From the NCBI GenBank assembly GCA_963555825.3, contig CAUVXB020000001.1, positions 1,952,001-2,016,000 of the forward strand: 64,000 bases of DNA, read 5' to 3'. The translations under genes and the position numbers were made by a program. Source of the DNA: Alphaproteobacteria bacterium (GTDB lineage Bacteria; Pseudomonadota; Alphaproteobacteria; JAAXGF01). This document shows, piece by piece, positions 47,184 through 56,473 of the stretch. Positions within the stretch are counted from its first letter, which is position 1. The number at the start of each line of letters is the position of its first letter. The notes beneath the pieces were generated by a model. The model had not been told where the DNA came from. It made no database searches and was given only the letters and a program-made list of their open reading frames with translations.

Positions 47184-48713
47184 GTGGCGGCTGAACGGAA
47201 ACGGGGCGGCGGCCGGGCGGCCCGGCGGAAGCGCCGGCTCGGCGCGCCGATCGTCCAGCGACGCTACATCACGCGCGACATCCCGCTGTACGAGCTGCTC
47301 GACGCCGAGGGCATCGAGATCATCCACGAGAACTCGATGACCATCCTCGAGGAGATCGGCGTCGAGTTCCGCGACGACGACGCGCTCGAGCGCTGGCGCG
47401 CCGCCGGCGCCGAGGTATCCGACAGCCGCGTGCGCATCCCGCGCGAGCTGGCGATGGCGACCCTGGCGCTGGCGCCGTCCGAGTTCACCCAGCACGCGCG
47501 CAACCCCGAGCGCAATATCGTCGTCGGCGGACGTCACACGGTGTTCGCGCCGACTTACGGCTCGCCCTTCGTGCGCGACCTCGACGGCGAGCGCCGTTAC
47601 GGCACGCTCGAGGACCTGCATAACTTTGTCAAACTCACCTATATGACGCCCGTGCTGCACCATTCGGGCGGTGTCATTTGCGAGCCCGTCGACGTGCCGG
47701 TTCCCAAGCGCCACCTCGACATCGTCTACAGCCACATCAAATATTCCGACAAACCGTTCATGGGCATGGTGACGGCCGGCTCGCGCGCCGAGGACACGGT
47801 GGCACTGTGCAAGGTCTTGTTCGGCGACGACTTCGTCGAGGACAACACCGTTCTGATCTCGGTGACCAATTGCAACTCGCCGCTGGTCTGGGACGCGACC
47901 ATGCTGGCGGCGCTCAGGATTTACGCCCAGCACAACCAAGCGGTGCTGGTCACGCCCTTCATCATGGCCGGCGCCATGAGCCCGGCGTCGACGGCCGGCG
48001 CGATCGCCCAGCTCAACGCCGAGGCTATCGCCGGCATGTGCTTCGCCCAGCTCGTCCGGCCCGGCGCGCCGGTCGTCTACGGCAACTTCGTCACGACCGT
48101 CTCGATGCAGTCGGGCGCCCCGGTCATGGGCACGCCCGAGCCCGCCATGATGATTTACGTCACCGCCCAACTCGCGCGGCGCTACGGCGTGCCGATCCGC
48201 ACCGGCGGCATGTTGACCGGGTCAAAGCTTGCGGACGCGCAAGCCGCCTACGAATCGGTGCAGACCATGATTCCCACGCTCATGGCGGGCACCAATTTCG
48301 TGCTGCATTCGGCGGGCTGGCTCGAGGCGGGCTTGAGCGCCGGCTACGCCAAGTTCGTCCTCGATACCGACCAGATCGCCATGCTCGACGTCTTTGCCGG
48401 CAACGTCGATCTATCGACCGAGGCCCAGGCGATGGACGCCGTGCGCGAGGTCGGGCCGGGCAGCCACTATCTCGGCTGCGCGCACACCCAGCGCAATTAC
48501 GAGACCGCCTTCTACCGGCCCTTCACCGCCGACAACAACAGCTTCGAGCAATGGCTCGACGAGGGTGGCAAGGACGCGACCACCCGCGCGCACGAGACCG
48601 CCCGGAACATGCTCGATGCCTACGAGGCACCACCGCTCGATCCCGGTGTCGACGAGGCGCTCCGCGACTTCATCGCCCGACGCAAGGCCGAGCTTCCCGA
48701 CGGCGTTACCTGA
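47184..48713 (+). CDS. MttB-superfamily methyltransferase, non-pyrrolysine (MtgB-like)
   Basis: IHE.S..ILEEIG, N.NSPL, GAM.P, G.P..G.PE, SK..DAQA, H..GWLE; no in-frame TAG; GTG start after GGAG. Confidence 0.9.
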   Translation: MAAERKRGGGRAARRKRRLGAPIVQRRYITRDIPLYELLDAEGIEIIHENSMTILEEIGVEFRDDDALERWRAAGAEVSDSRVRIPRELAMATLALAPSEFTQHARNPERNIVVGGRHTVFAPTYGSPFVRDLDGERRYGTLEDLHNFVKLTYMTPVLHHSGGVICEPVDVPVPKRHLDIVYSHIKYSDKPFMGMVTAGSRAEDTVALCKVLFGDDFVEDNTVLISVTNCNSPLVWDATMLAALRIYAQHNQAVLVTPFIMAGAMSPASTAGAIAQLNAEAIAGMCFAQLVRPGAPVVYGNFVTTVSMQSGAPVMGTPEPAMMIYVTAQLARRYGVPIRTGGMLTGSKLADAQAAYESVQTMIPTLMAGTNFVLHSAGWLEAGLSAGYAKFVLDTDQIAMLDVFAGNVDLSTEAQAMDAVREVGPGSHYLGCAHTQRNYETAFYRPFTADNNSFEQWLDEGGKDATTRAHETARNMLDAYEAPPLDPGVDEALRDFIARRKAELPDGVT

Positions 48714-48717
48714 CGCG

Positions 48718-49626
48718 ATGAGTCCGAAATGCGGCGCTGCCGCGGCGCGCGATCCGCTCTACGCGCGCGGCATCGTTCTCGTCATGCTCGCCGGCGGCTT
48801 CTGGAGCCTGGGCGGCATTCTCGTCCGGCTCGTCGAGCAGGCCGGCGGCTGGCAGATCCTCATGATCCGCTCGATCGCGCTCTCACTCACGCTGTTCTGC
48901 GTACTCGCCGTGCGCCATCGCGGCGGCGTCTGGGCGGAGTTCCGCAAGGCCGGCCGCGCCGTGGTGATCGGCGGCCTGTGCCTCGGCGTGGCGTTCGCCG
49001 GGTTCGTCTTCGCGCTGCTCAACACGACGGTGGCGAACACGGTGTTCATCATGTGCGCGTCGCCGTTCTTCACCGCACCGCTCGCCTGGCTGGTGCTTGG
49101 CGAACGGGTGCGCCGGGCGACCTGGATCGCGATGGTCTTCGCGATCACCGGGGTCGGCGTCATGGTCGCCGACGGCGTTGGCACTGGCGCGCTGTTCGGC
49201 AACGTCGTCGCCATCGTCTCGACCGTCGCCTTCGCCGGCTTCGCCGTGTCGCTGCGCGCGGGCCGCGATGTCGACATGCTGCCGCTGATCTGCCTGGCCG
49301 GCGTGTTCACCGCTATCGCCAGCGCGGGCCTGAGCGAAAACTTCGTCTACACGCCGCGCGATCTGGCGCTGTGCGTGGTCATGGGCGTGGTCCAGATCGG
49401 CATCGGCATGACGCTGTTCACGATCGGCTCGCGTCACGTGCCGGCGACCGAGCTCACGCTCTTGGCGCTGACCGAGGTGGTGCTCGCCCCGCTCTGGGTG
49501 TGGCTCGCGCTCGACGAGGTGCCAACCGCCCTCACGCTGGTCGGCGGCACCATCGTGCTCGCGGCGATCATCGGCCAGGCGCTCTCCCGGCCGCGCCGCA
49601 AACCGCCGCCGATCGGCGCCGTCTAG
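48718..49626 (+). CDS. DMT/EamA family transporter
   Basis: About 10 TM helices, SPFF, LGER, E.VLAPLWVW. Confidence 0.88.
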   Translation: MSPKCGAAAARDPLYARGIVLVMLAGGFWSLGGILVRLVEQAGGWQILMIRSIALSLTLFCVLAVRHRGGVWAEFRKAGRAVVIGGLCLGVAFAGFVFALLNTTVANTVFIMCASPFFTAPLAWLVLGERVRRATWIAMVFAITGVGVMVADGVGTGALFGNVVAIVSTVAFAGFAVSLRAGRDVDMLPLICLAGVFTAIASAGLSENFVYTPRDLALCVVMGVVQIGIGMTLFTIGSRHVPATELTLLALTEVVLAPLWVWLALDEVPTALTLVGGTIVLAAIIGQALSRPRRKPPPIGAV

Positions 49627-49633
49627 CCCGAGC

Positions 49634-50323
49634 TTAAGTGACCAGCGCGATCGGGCGGACCGGGCAGCCGGTGCCATCGCGCATCTTGAGCGGCACCGCC
49701 ACCAGGATGAACTCCTTACCCACCAGCGCGCCCAGATTGCACATCTGTTGGATCATGCAGATGCCGGCCTCGAGCCACACCCGGTGGGTCGGCCACCACC
49801 ACTCGGCGGGGTCGTCCATGCCAATCAGGTCGGTGCCGAACAGCGTGATCTTGTGCTCGACCAGCCACTCGGCCGTCTCGACCGGAATATACGGGCGCTC
49901 GGTGGTGAAACCGGGCTTGCCCCAGTCGCCGTCGACACCGGTCCAGCACAGCACCGCGGTGCCGCCGCCGATCAGCCGTCCGGACGCTGTCTCGGCGGTC
50001 TCGAGGTCGGCGATCGAGATCGCCTCGCCGTTGGACTTGTGGGTCAGGTCGAGCAGGTGGCCGGGCAGCACCAACTGCTCGAGCGGGATGCTGGCCACGT
50101 CGTCGCCCTCGCGCAGGCAGTGGCGGGGCACGTCGAGATGCGTGCCGCAATGCTCCGGCAACAACATCATGCGCGATTCCATCGACAGCTTGCCGCCGCT
50201 GACGGTTTCGCCGTGCTTGAACGAGCTGGTCGGCCAGAAGGCGACCTGCGCGCCGCCGATATTCGCCATGTCGTGGAACAGCTCGTGGCCGAGATCAATG
50301 ATTTGCTTGATCGGCGATGTCAT
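49634..50323 (-). CDS. Cyclase family metal-dependent hydrolase (kynurenine formamidase-like)
   Basis: HCGTHLDVPRH, GTD, PLK..GTGCPVR; RBS AAGGAGGAG. Confidence 0.88.
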   Translation of the reverse strand: MTSPIKQIIDLGHELFHDMANIGGAQVAFWPTSSFKHGETVSGGKLSMESRMMLLPEHCGTHLDVPRHCLREGDDVASIPLEQLVLPGHLLDLTHKSNGEAISIADLETAETASGRLIGGGTAVLCWTGVDGDWGKPGFTTERPYIPVETAEWLVEHKITLFGTDLIGMDDPAEWWWPTHRVWLEAGICMIQQMCNLGALVGKEFILVAVPLKMRDGTGCPVRPIALVT

Positions 50324-50432
50324 GGTCTCCTCCTTCGCGCCGTCGTGCCGATGACGAACCGATGATATCACGCGCAGCGCATGGATTTTCGCACACCGAT
50401 TCGCTAGTCTCGCGGCCCAGGGAGGACGATCA

Positions 50433-51830
50433 ATGGAACGCCGTCTCGCGGCCATACTCGCCGCCGACATGGTCGGCTTTTCGCATCTCATGGAGCTCGA
50501 CGAGGAAGGCACCGTCAGGCGCCAGAAGACCCATCGGCGCGAAATGATCGACCCGACGATCTCGGAACACCACGGCCATATCGCAAAGACCACCGGCGAC
50601 GGCATGCTCGTCGAATTCGCCAGTGTCCTCGACGCCGTGCAATGCGCGGTCGAGATTCAGACCGCGATGGCCGCCCGGGAGGCCGACACGCCCGAAGACG
50701 ATCGCATCCGCTATCGGATCGGCATCAACCTGGGCGACATCATCTTCGACGACGACGACATCTTCGGCGACGGCGTCAATGTCGCGGCCCGGCTCGAAAC
50801 GCTGGCCGAGCCGGGTGGCATCTGCATTTCGGATGTCGTCCACCAGAGCGTGTTCGACAAGCTCGACATGTCGTACAAGGACCTCGGCTCGCAGCGCGTC
50901 AAGAACATCTCCAAGCCGATCCACGTTTGGAAATGGCGCATGGGTGGTGAAGCCGCGGACGAAGAACCCGAGACCCCATCTGCCGCCCTCGAACAGGAAA
51001 TTCGCTTCTGCGCGGCGCGCGACGGCACGCAGATCGCCTACGCCACGGTGGGCCAGGGACCGCCGCTCGTGAAGGCGCCGAACTGGCTCAATCACCTGGA
51101 ATACGACTGGCAAAGTCCGATCTGGCGGCACCTGCTTATGGCGCTCGCCCGCGATCATGCCCTGATCCGCTTCGACCAGGGGGGCAATGGCCTATCCGAC
51201 TGGGACGTCGCGGATATCTCCCATGATGCGTTCGTCTCGGATCTGGAAACGGTGGTCGAAGCGGCCGGGCTCGACCGCTTTCCCCTATTTGGCATCTCGC
51301 AGGGCTGCGGCATATCGATTCGCTACGCGGTCCAAAACCCCGGGTGCGTCAGCCGCCTGATCCTCTACGGCGGCTATGCGCGCGGCCGCAACAAACGCGG
51401 CTCACCGGCCCTGGTACAACAGGCGGAGGCCGAGCAAACCCTCATACGGCAGGGTTGGGGTCAGCAGAACCCGGCGTTTCGCCAGTTCTTCACCTCGTGC
51501 TTCGTTCCGGACGGCACGCCGGAGCAGATGGCCTGGTTCAACGAACTCCAGCGGCTCACGACTTCGCCCGAGAACGCCGCCCGCATCCGCGCGATCAACA
51601 ACGATACCGACGTCATCGAACATCTGTCCCAGGTTGCCGTGCCGACCCTGGTCCTGCACTGCAGGGACGACGCGGTCGCGCCCTTCGAGGAAGGCCGACG
51701 AATGGCCGCCATGATCCCAGGCGCGCGGTTCGTCGCGCTCGAAGGCCGCAACCATCTCATCCTCGAGGACGAACCGGCCTGGCCGCGCTTCATCAACGAG
51801 GTCTGGGCTTTCCTCGCTGAGCCCGATTAA
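50433..51830 (+). CDS. Class III adenylate/guanylate cyclase fused to alpha/beta hydrolase
   Basis: AILAADMVGF, GDG, RIGIN.GD, GDGVNVAARLE; then GISQG, DD, GRNH. Confidence 0.88.
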   Translation: MERRLAAILAADMVGFSHLMELDEEGTVRRQKTHRREMIDPTISEHHGHIAKTTGDGMLVEFASVLDAVQCAVEIQTAMAAREADTPEDDRIRYRIGINLGDIIFDDDDIFGDGVNVAARLETLAEPGGICISDVVHQSVFDKLDMSYKDLGSQRVKNISKPIHVWKWRMGGEAADEEPETPSAALEQEIRFCAARDGTQIAYATVGQGPPLVKAPNWLNHLEYDWQSPIWRHLLMALARDHALIRFDQGGNGLSDWDVADISHDAFVSDLETVVEAAGLDRFPLFGISQGCGISIRYAVQNPGCVSRLILYGGYARGRNKRGSPALVQQAEAEQTLIRQGWGQQNPAFRQFFTSCFVPDGTPEQMAWFNELQRLTTSPENAARIRAINNDTDVIEHLSQVAVPTLVLHCRDDAVAPFEEGRRMAAMIPGARFVALEGRNHLILEDEPAWPRFINEVWAFLAEPD

Positions 51831-51847
51831 ACCCGACGACCGCGGTC

Positions 51848-52339
51848 CTAGTCTTGCGCTGTCGCGGCGGCGGCGATGGCGGCGAAGATGGCGTCGAGAT
51901 CGGCGGCCATGGCGTCGAGTGCTGTCGAGCCATAGGGCGCGAAGGTCGCCGAAGGCGCGCGATAGCTGAGCGTCGCCGTGCCGTCGTCGTTGGCGGTGAT
52001 GTAAAAGATCAGTGGCGCCTCAATGCCCGCCGGAATACTCGCCTCTAGCATGCGCACGGCAAAGTCGTTGCGGTAGACGCCGACCACGATATTGCCCGGA
52101 ATGGTGATGCCGCGGCGCTGGGCGCCAGCGCTCGCCGAGGCGCGCGTCACCACGAACATGCCGTTCGCCTTGACCGCCGCGTCGAGCCGCTCGACCAGGA
52201 CGCCGAACGGATGCGGCGTCGCCATGACGTTGACGCCGCCATAAGGAAAGTCGAGCGCGCGCGTCGGCGCGACGGCGGCGAAGACAACGAGCAGCCCCCC
52301 CCCCCCCCCCCCCAGGAGTATCGCCGCTGTCGTTTTCAT
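51848..52339 (-). CDS. Exported DUF302-like protein with G19 tract in the signal region
   Basis: GIEAPL..Y, LSY..PS..FAPY; C19 on + strand at 52295-52313. Confidence 0.75.
   Translation of the reverse strand: MKTTAAILLGGGGGGLLVVFAAVAPTRALDFPYGGVNVMATPHPFGVLVERLDAAVKANGMFVVTRASASAGAQRRGITIPGNIVVGVYRNDFAVRMLEASIPAGIEAPLIFYITANDDGTATLSYRAPSATFAPYGSTALDAMAADLDAIFAAIAAAATAQD
52295..52313. repeat. C19/G19 homopolymer
   Basis: 19 consecutive C read directly. Confidence 0.95.
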
Positions 52340-52355
52340 TGTCGGTCTCCTTGGT

Positions 52356-53408
52356 CTAGTACCGGTCGATGACCGGGATGCCGAGCGTCGCGAAGTCGTC
52401 CATCGAGGCGAGCACCGCGCCGGCTTCCTCGAGCGAGACGGTACGGCTGACCAGCTCGGCGGGCTTGAGCTTGCCGGTCTCGATCATCTGCAGCATCGCG
52501 GCGTAGCGCGGCACGTGCATGCCGTGAGAGCCGGTGATCACCAGTTCCTTGCCGACGATGATGTCGATCGGCAGGCCGATGACGCCCTGTTCCTCGCCGC
52601 TGGTCATGCCGATCTGCAGATGGCGCCCCCGCCGGCGCAGCGAATTGACCGAATTCACGCAGGTCGCGGCGATACCGAGCGCGTCGATCGAGACATGCGC
52701 GCCGCCCTTGGTGATGTCCTTGATCGCCTTGGCCGGGTTGGCATTGCCGGCATGGACCGTCTCGACCGCGCCGACCCGCTTGGCGACGTCGAGCTTCTCG
52801 GCGTCGATATCGACGGCGATGACGTTGGCGCCCAAGGCAGTCGCGATCTGCACCGCTGAGAGCCCGATGCCGCCACAGCCGTGGACGGCGACCCATTCGC
52901 CGGCCGAGACGCGCGCCTGGTCGACGATGCCGTGGAACGAGGTCATGTAGCGGCAACCGAGACTCGCGCCCTCGACGAAGCCGATCGCCTCGGGCAGCGT
53001 GACCAGGTTGACGTCGGCCTTGGGTACGGCGACATAGCGGCCGAACCCGCCCCAATAGGAAAAGCCCGGCGTGAAGCCGCGTGTGCACAGGTTCTGCATG
53101 CCTTGGCGACAGAACTCACAGGTCCCCTCGCCCTGGCAGAACGGCACGATCACCCGGTCGCCGGCCTTGAAGCCCTTGACCTCGGCGCCGACCGCCTCGA
53201 CGACGCCGCAGAATTCGTGGCCGAGCACATGGGGAAACTCGAACCGGACGCCGAGCCAGCCCCAGTCGCCGACCCAGCCATGCCAGTCCGAACGGCAGAT
53301 GCCGTTGGCCTCGACCCGGATCACCGCGCCGTCGGCGGCGCAATCGGGATCGGGCAGCTCGCGCACCACGAGGGGCGCGCGCACCCCTTCCATTACCGCC
53401 GCTCGCAT
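52356..53408 (-). CDS. Zinc-dependent alcohol dehydrogenase family protein
   Basis: GICRSD.H, GHE, C..C......C, GCGGIG. Confidence 0.92.
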   Translation of the reverse strand: MRAAVMEGVRAPLVVRELPDPDCAADGAVIRVEANGICRSDWHGWVGDWGWLGVRFEFPHVLGHEFCGVVEAVGAEVKGFKAGDRVIVPFCQGEGTCEFCRQGMQNLCTRGFTPGFSYWGGFGRYVAVPKADVNLVTLPEAIGFVEGASLGCRYMTSFHGIVDQARVSAGEWVAVHGCGGIGLSAVQIATALGANVIAVDIDAEKLDVAKRVGAVETVHAGNANPAKAIKDITKGGAHVSIDALGIAATCVNSVNSLRRRGRHLQIGMTSGEEQGVIGLPIDIIVGKELVITGSHGMHVPRYAAMLQMIETGKLKPAELVSRTVSLEEAGAVLASMDDFATLGIPVIDRY

Positions 53409-53485
53409 AGTCGTCTCCTCCAAATTGTCCTCGGCGCCACAGGGCGCGGAGTGTGCCCGCCAAGCAACCGCGCCGCAACGCCGAA

Positions 53486-54133
53486 TCATCCAGCGGCCGG
53501 AAACCCCGGATACTGGTCGGAATGATCGCGGTCGAAGCCGTCCATGCCGCGCCGGGTCAGCACGATGTCCTCGCGTTGCTCGGGCGAATCATACTTGATC
53601 GCCTTATCGGACGGCCCTTCGTACCAGCGGATGTTGAAAGCGCAGAGCCACGGGAAGAAGATTGCCTCGGCGAAATGCTCGACGTTGTCGGCGATCCACC
53701 AGCCGAGCGGCCGGAAATCGTCCGTTTCGGCGTAGCGTTCGAGATACCATGGAACGATGACGCTCGCGGTCGCCCCCATGTGGCCGTCGGCGTCGCGTAT
53801 GTCCCAAATATGGCGCGCCGCACCGTAGACGTTGTCGCTGCAGTAATAAGCGTTCTCGCCCGCGATGAGGCGCTGGTGGCAGAAGTCGTTGACGCCGGGC
53901 GAGCGGTAAGCCAACCGCACGACGATGCCGCCGAACGTGCGGTGCATCGGTTCGAGCACCAGTTGACACAGCTTCTCGCCGGTCGCGATCGCCAGATCGG
54001 GGTCTTCGGGAATGTTCGGCATGCCGTGGAAGTTGGCGACTTCACTGTACAGCATATCTCGCATGAAGAAGTGCTCCGACAGTCGAACGCGACCCAGTTC
54101 GGTCAGTTCGGCGACCGATCGAGGCTTATCCAT
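53486..54133 (-). CDS. Peptidase M15-like hypothetical protein
   Basis: RLSEHF.MRD.LYSE, N.P, AYRS..VN, HIWD. Confidence 0.55.
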   Translation of the reverse strand: MDKPRSVAELTELGRVRLSEHFFMRDMLYSEVANFHGMPNIPEDPDLAIATGEKLCQLVLEPMHRTFGGIVVRLAYRSPGVNDFCHQRLIAGENAYYCSDNVYGAARHIWDIRDADGHMGATASVIVPWYLERYAETDDFRPLGWWIADNVEHFAEAIFFPWLCAFNIRWYEGPSDKAIKYDSPEQREDIVLTRRGMDGFDRDHSDQYPGFPAAG

Positions 54134-54436
54134 GATGCCCACTCCCTGTGTTTCCGGCCCTCCTGGCTTTGCCATGCCGGGGCGCCATTGGCAAGGGCGC
54201 GCGCGGCCACTGCTGATTTCGGCTACCTAAAGGGCCGATATCTGATATGTTTTCGCAAGTGATTCGGCCGCTTCGGGCAACTTGCGGAAGAGTCATGCTC
54301 CGCTCGGTCGGCGACGCAGTGCAAACCGATAACCCCGTTCATGGTTCGCTCGTCGCTCGGCACCGTCGAGCGATTGTGGGCGTATCTGCCATGATTGAGC
54401 TGATGTAACAATCTTTCGGGGAATGGGGCACTCATC

Positions 54437-56020
54437 ATGCGACTCGGTGAAATTCGCGTAGCGCGCGGCGTCGTCACCGTCGAAGGCATCGAACAGGCGG
54501 CCGAACATCAACGCACCAACGGCGGTCGGCTGGGCGACAATCTCGTCGCGCTCGGTCTGCTCACGCAAGAGCAAATCGACGAAGTCATGCACGAAACGCC
54601 GCGGTCGCCCAAGACCATCATGGGCACCGGCCTGAGCCAAGCCAACATCACCTCGTTGGTTCTGAAGTTCTTGTACATCGAGCAGCTCGACACAATCTCG
54701 AAGCTGATCGATAATACCAAGCTGCCGTACAACATCGTCAAGATCATCATCGACGATTTGGTCAGCAAGAAATACATCGAGGTGCTCGGCTCGTCCGGCG
54801 CCGACGGCGCGCAGTCCGAGACACGATATGCGCTGTCCACAGCGGGCCGCGAGATGGGCAGCGAGGCAGCCGAGCAGAACATCTACATGGGTCCCTGCCC
54901 GGTCTCGCTCGAACAATATCAGGATCAGGTGCTCAAGCAGCGCATCACCAATGAGGTGACCGACGAGAAGGCGATCAGAGAGTGCTTCGAAGGCCTGATC
55001 ATTCCCGACCATTTCCTGGCCCAGATTGGCCCGGCGGTCAACTCGGGCCGCACGCTGCTGATGTACGGCCCGCCGGGCAACGGCAAGACGTCGATCGCGA
55101 CCCGCATTGCCGAAATCTTCACGCATATCGTCTATGTACCCTACGCGGTCGACATCGACGGCCAGATCATGCAGATCTACGATTCGAGCATTCACATCGA
55201 GGCCGTCGACGACAAGTCGAGGGAACTGCTCGCCGCCCAGCAGCCCCGGGGCCTACGTAAGGAGGACTTCGACCAGCGCTGGATCGCCTGCCGGCGGCCG
55301 GTCGTCGTGGTCGGCGGCGAGCTCACACTCGAAATGCTCGACCTCAGCTACAACGAGGACGCCAAGTTCTACGAGGCGCCGATGCATGTGAAGGCGCTCA
55401 ACGGCACCTTCATCATCGACGATTTCGGCCGCCAGCTGGTGACGCCGGAGAGCCTCCTTAACCGTTGGATCGTGCCGATGGAAAGCCGGGTCGATTACTT
55501 CAAGTTGACGACCGGCAAGAGCTTCCAGCTGCCTTTCGACGAGTTCCTGATCTTCTCGACCAACCTCGAGCCTAACGACCTCATGGACCCGGCGTTCCTC
55601 AGGCGTATTCCGTACAAAATCGAGCTGTTCGAGCCGACAGTGGAGGATTTCCACCGCATCTTCACGATCATCGCCAAACATTCGGGTCTGGAACTGCCCG
55701 ACGATGTCTTCGAATACGTGGTGCACCAGCTGAGCGTGAAGAACAGCTTCCATCTCGCCTATTATCAGCCGAAGTTCATCATCGATCAGGTGTTGGCGGA
55801 GTGTAAGTACCAGAACATTCCGCCGAAGTTCACCAAGAAACGGATCAACTCCGCACTGCAAAACCTCTACGTCCACATCGAGATGGACGATCCCGGCCCC
55901 TGCGAGCCCGCGCAGCCGGCGGCCCCCGAGGCCGAGGCACAGCCCGCGCCACCGCCGGCCGCGGCCGCGGCGCCCGAACCCGCGCCGGCCCAGCACGCCG
56001 CCCCCGAGGGCCACGATTGA
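54437..56020 (+). CDS. AAA+ ATPase with N-terminal MshEN-like domain
   Basis: RLG...G...Q..RLG..L..LG repeats; YGPPGNGKT, IIDDFG, STN, AFLRR. Confidence 0.8.
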   Translation: MRLGEIRVARGVVTVEGIEQAAEHQRTNGGRLGDNLVALGLLTQEQIDEVMHETPRSPKTIMGTGLSQANITSLVLKFLYIEQLDTISKLIDNTKLPYNIVKIIIDDLVSKKYIEVLGSSGADGAQSETRYALSTAGREMGSEAAEQNIYMGPCPVSLEQYQDQVLKQRITNEVTDEKAIRECFEGLIIPDHFLAQIGPAVNSGRTLLMYGPPGNGKTSIATRIAEIFTHIVYVPYAVDIDGQIMQIYDSSIHIEAVDDKSRELLAAQQPRGLRKEDFDQRWIACRRPVVVVGGELTLEMLDLSYNEDAKFYEAPMHVKALNGTFIIDDFGRQLVTPESLLNRWIVPMESRVDYFKLTTGKSFQLPFDEFLIFSTNLEPNDLMDPAFLRRIPYKIELFEPTVEDFHRIFTIIAKHSGLELPDDVFEYVVHQLSVKNSFHLAYYQPKFIIDQVLAECKYQNIPPKFTKKRINSALQNLYVHIEMDDPGPCEPAQPAAPEAEAQPAPPPAAAAAPEPAPAQHAAPEGHD

Positions 56021-56053
56021 ACCAGGGCGTCCGGGCGCCGGCCCAGGAGCCGG

Positions 56054-56437
56054 TCAGGGGACGACGGCGACCGCCTCAATCTCGATGAGCCAGTCGGGCG
56101 ACGCGAGCGCGTCGACGACTGCCAGGGTCGATGCCGGCTGCGGCGAGGGCAGGACACGGTCACGCGCGGCGCGGAATCCACCGACGAAGCTGGCATCCGT
56201 GATGTAGCTGTTGAGCCGCAGCACGTCGGTGAAATCGGCGCCGATAGCGGCCAACGCCGCGGCGAGATTGGCGAACACCTGCGCGGCCTGCGCCTCGACG
56301 TCGCCGGCGCCGACCAGCCGGCCGTTCGGATCGAGCGCGACTTGGCCCGATATGAACGCGAGGCCGGCGCCCACGGCGACGTGCGAATACCCTGGCGTCT
56401 CGTGAATCGTCGTTGGTTGAATATGCGTGACGGCCAT
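56054..56437 (-). CDS. RidA/YjgF family protein
   Basis: GYSH, ISGQV, PASTL, LIEIEAVA. Confidence 0.92.
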   Translation of the reverse strand: MAVTHIQPTTIHETPGYSHVAVGAGLAFISGQVALDPNGRLVGAGDVEAQAAQVFANLAAALAAIGADFTDVLRLNSYITDASFVGGFRAARDRVLPSPQPASTLAVVDALASPDWLIEIEAVAVVP

Positions 56438-56473
56438 GCCCGACCTCTTCGTGATTGATGTAGACCCGGCGAC

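Noticed and set aside
47184-48713. Pyrrolysine recoding in the MttB homologue
   Set aside because: No in-frame TAG and no pyl genes in the window.
54180-54436. c-di-GMP riboswitch upstream of the MshEN ATPase
   Set aside because: Only a GCAAACC fragment resembles the motif; the GNRA loop and receptor architecture are not evident.
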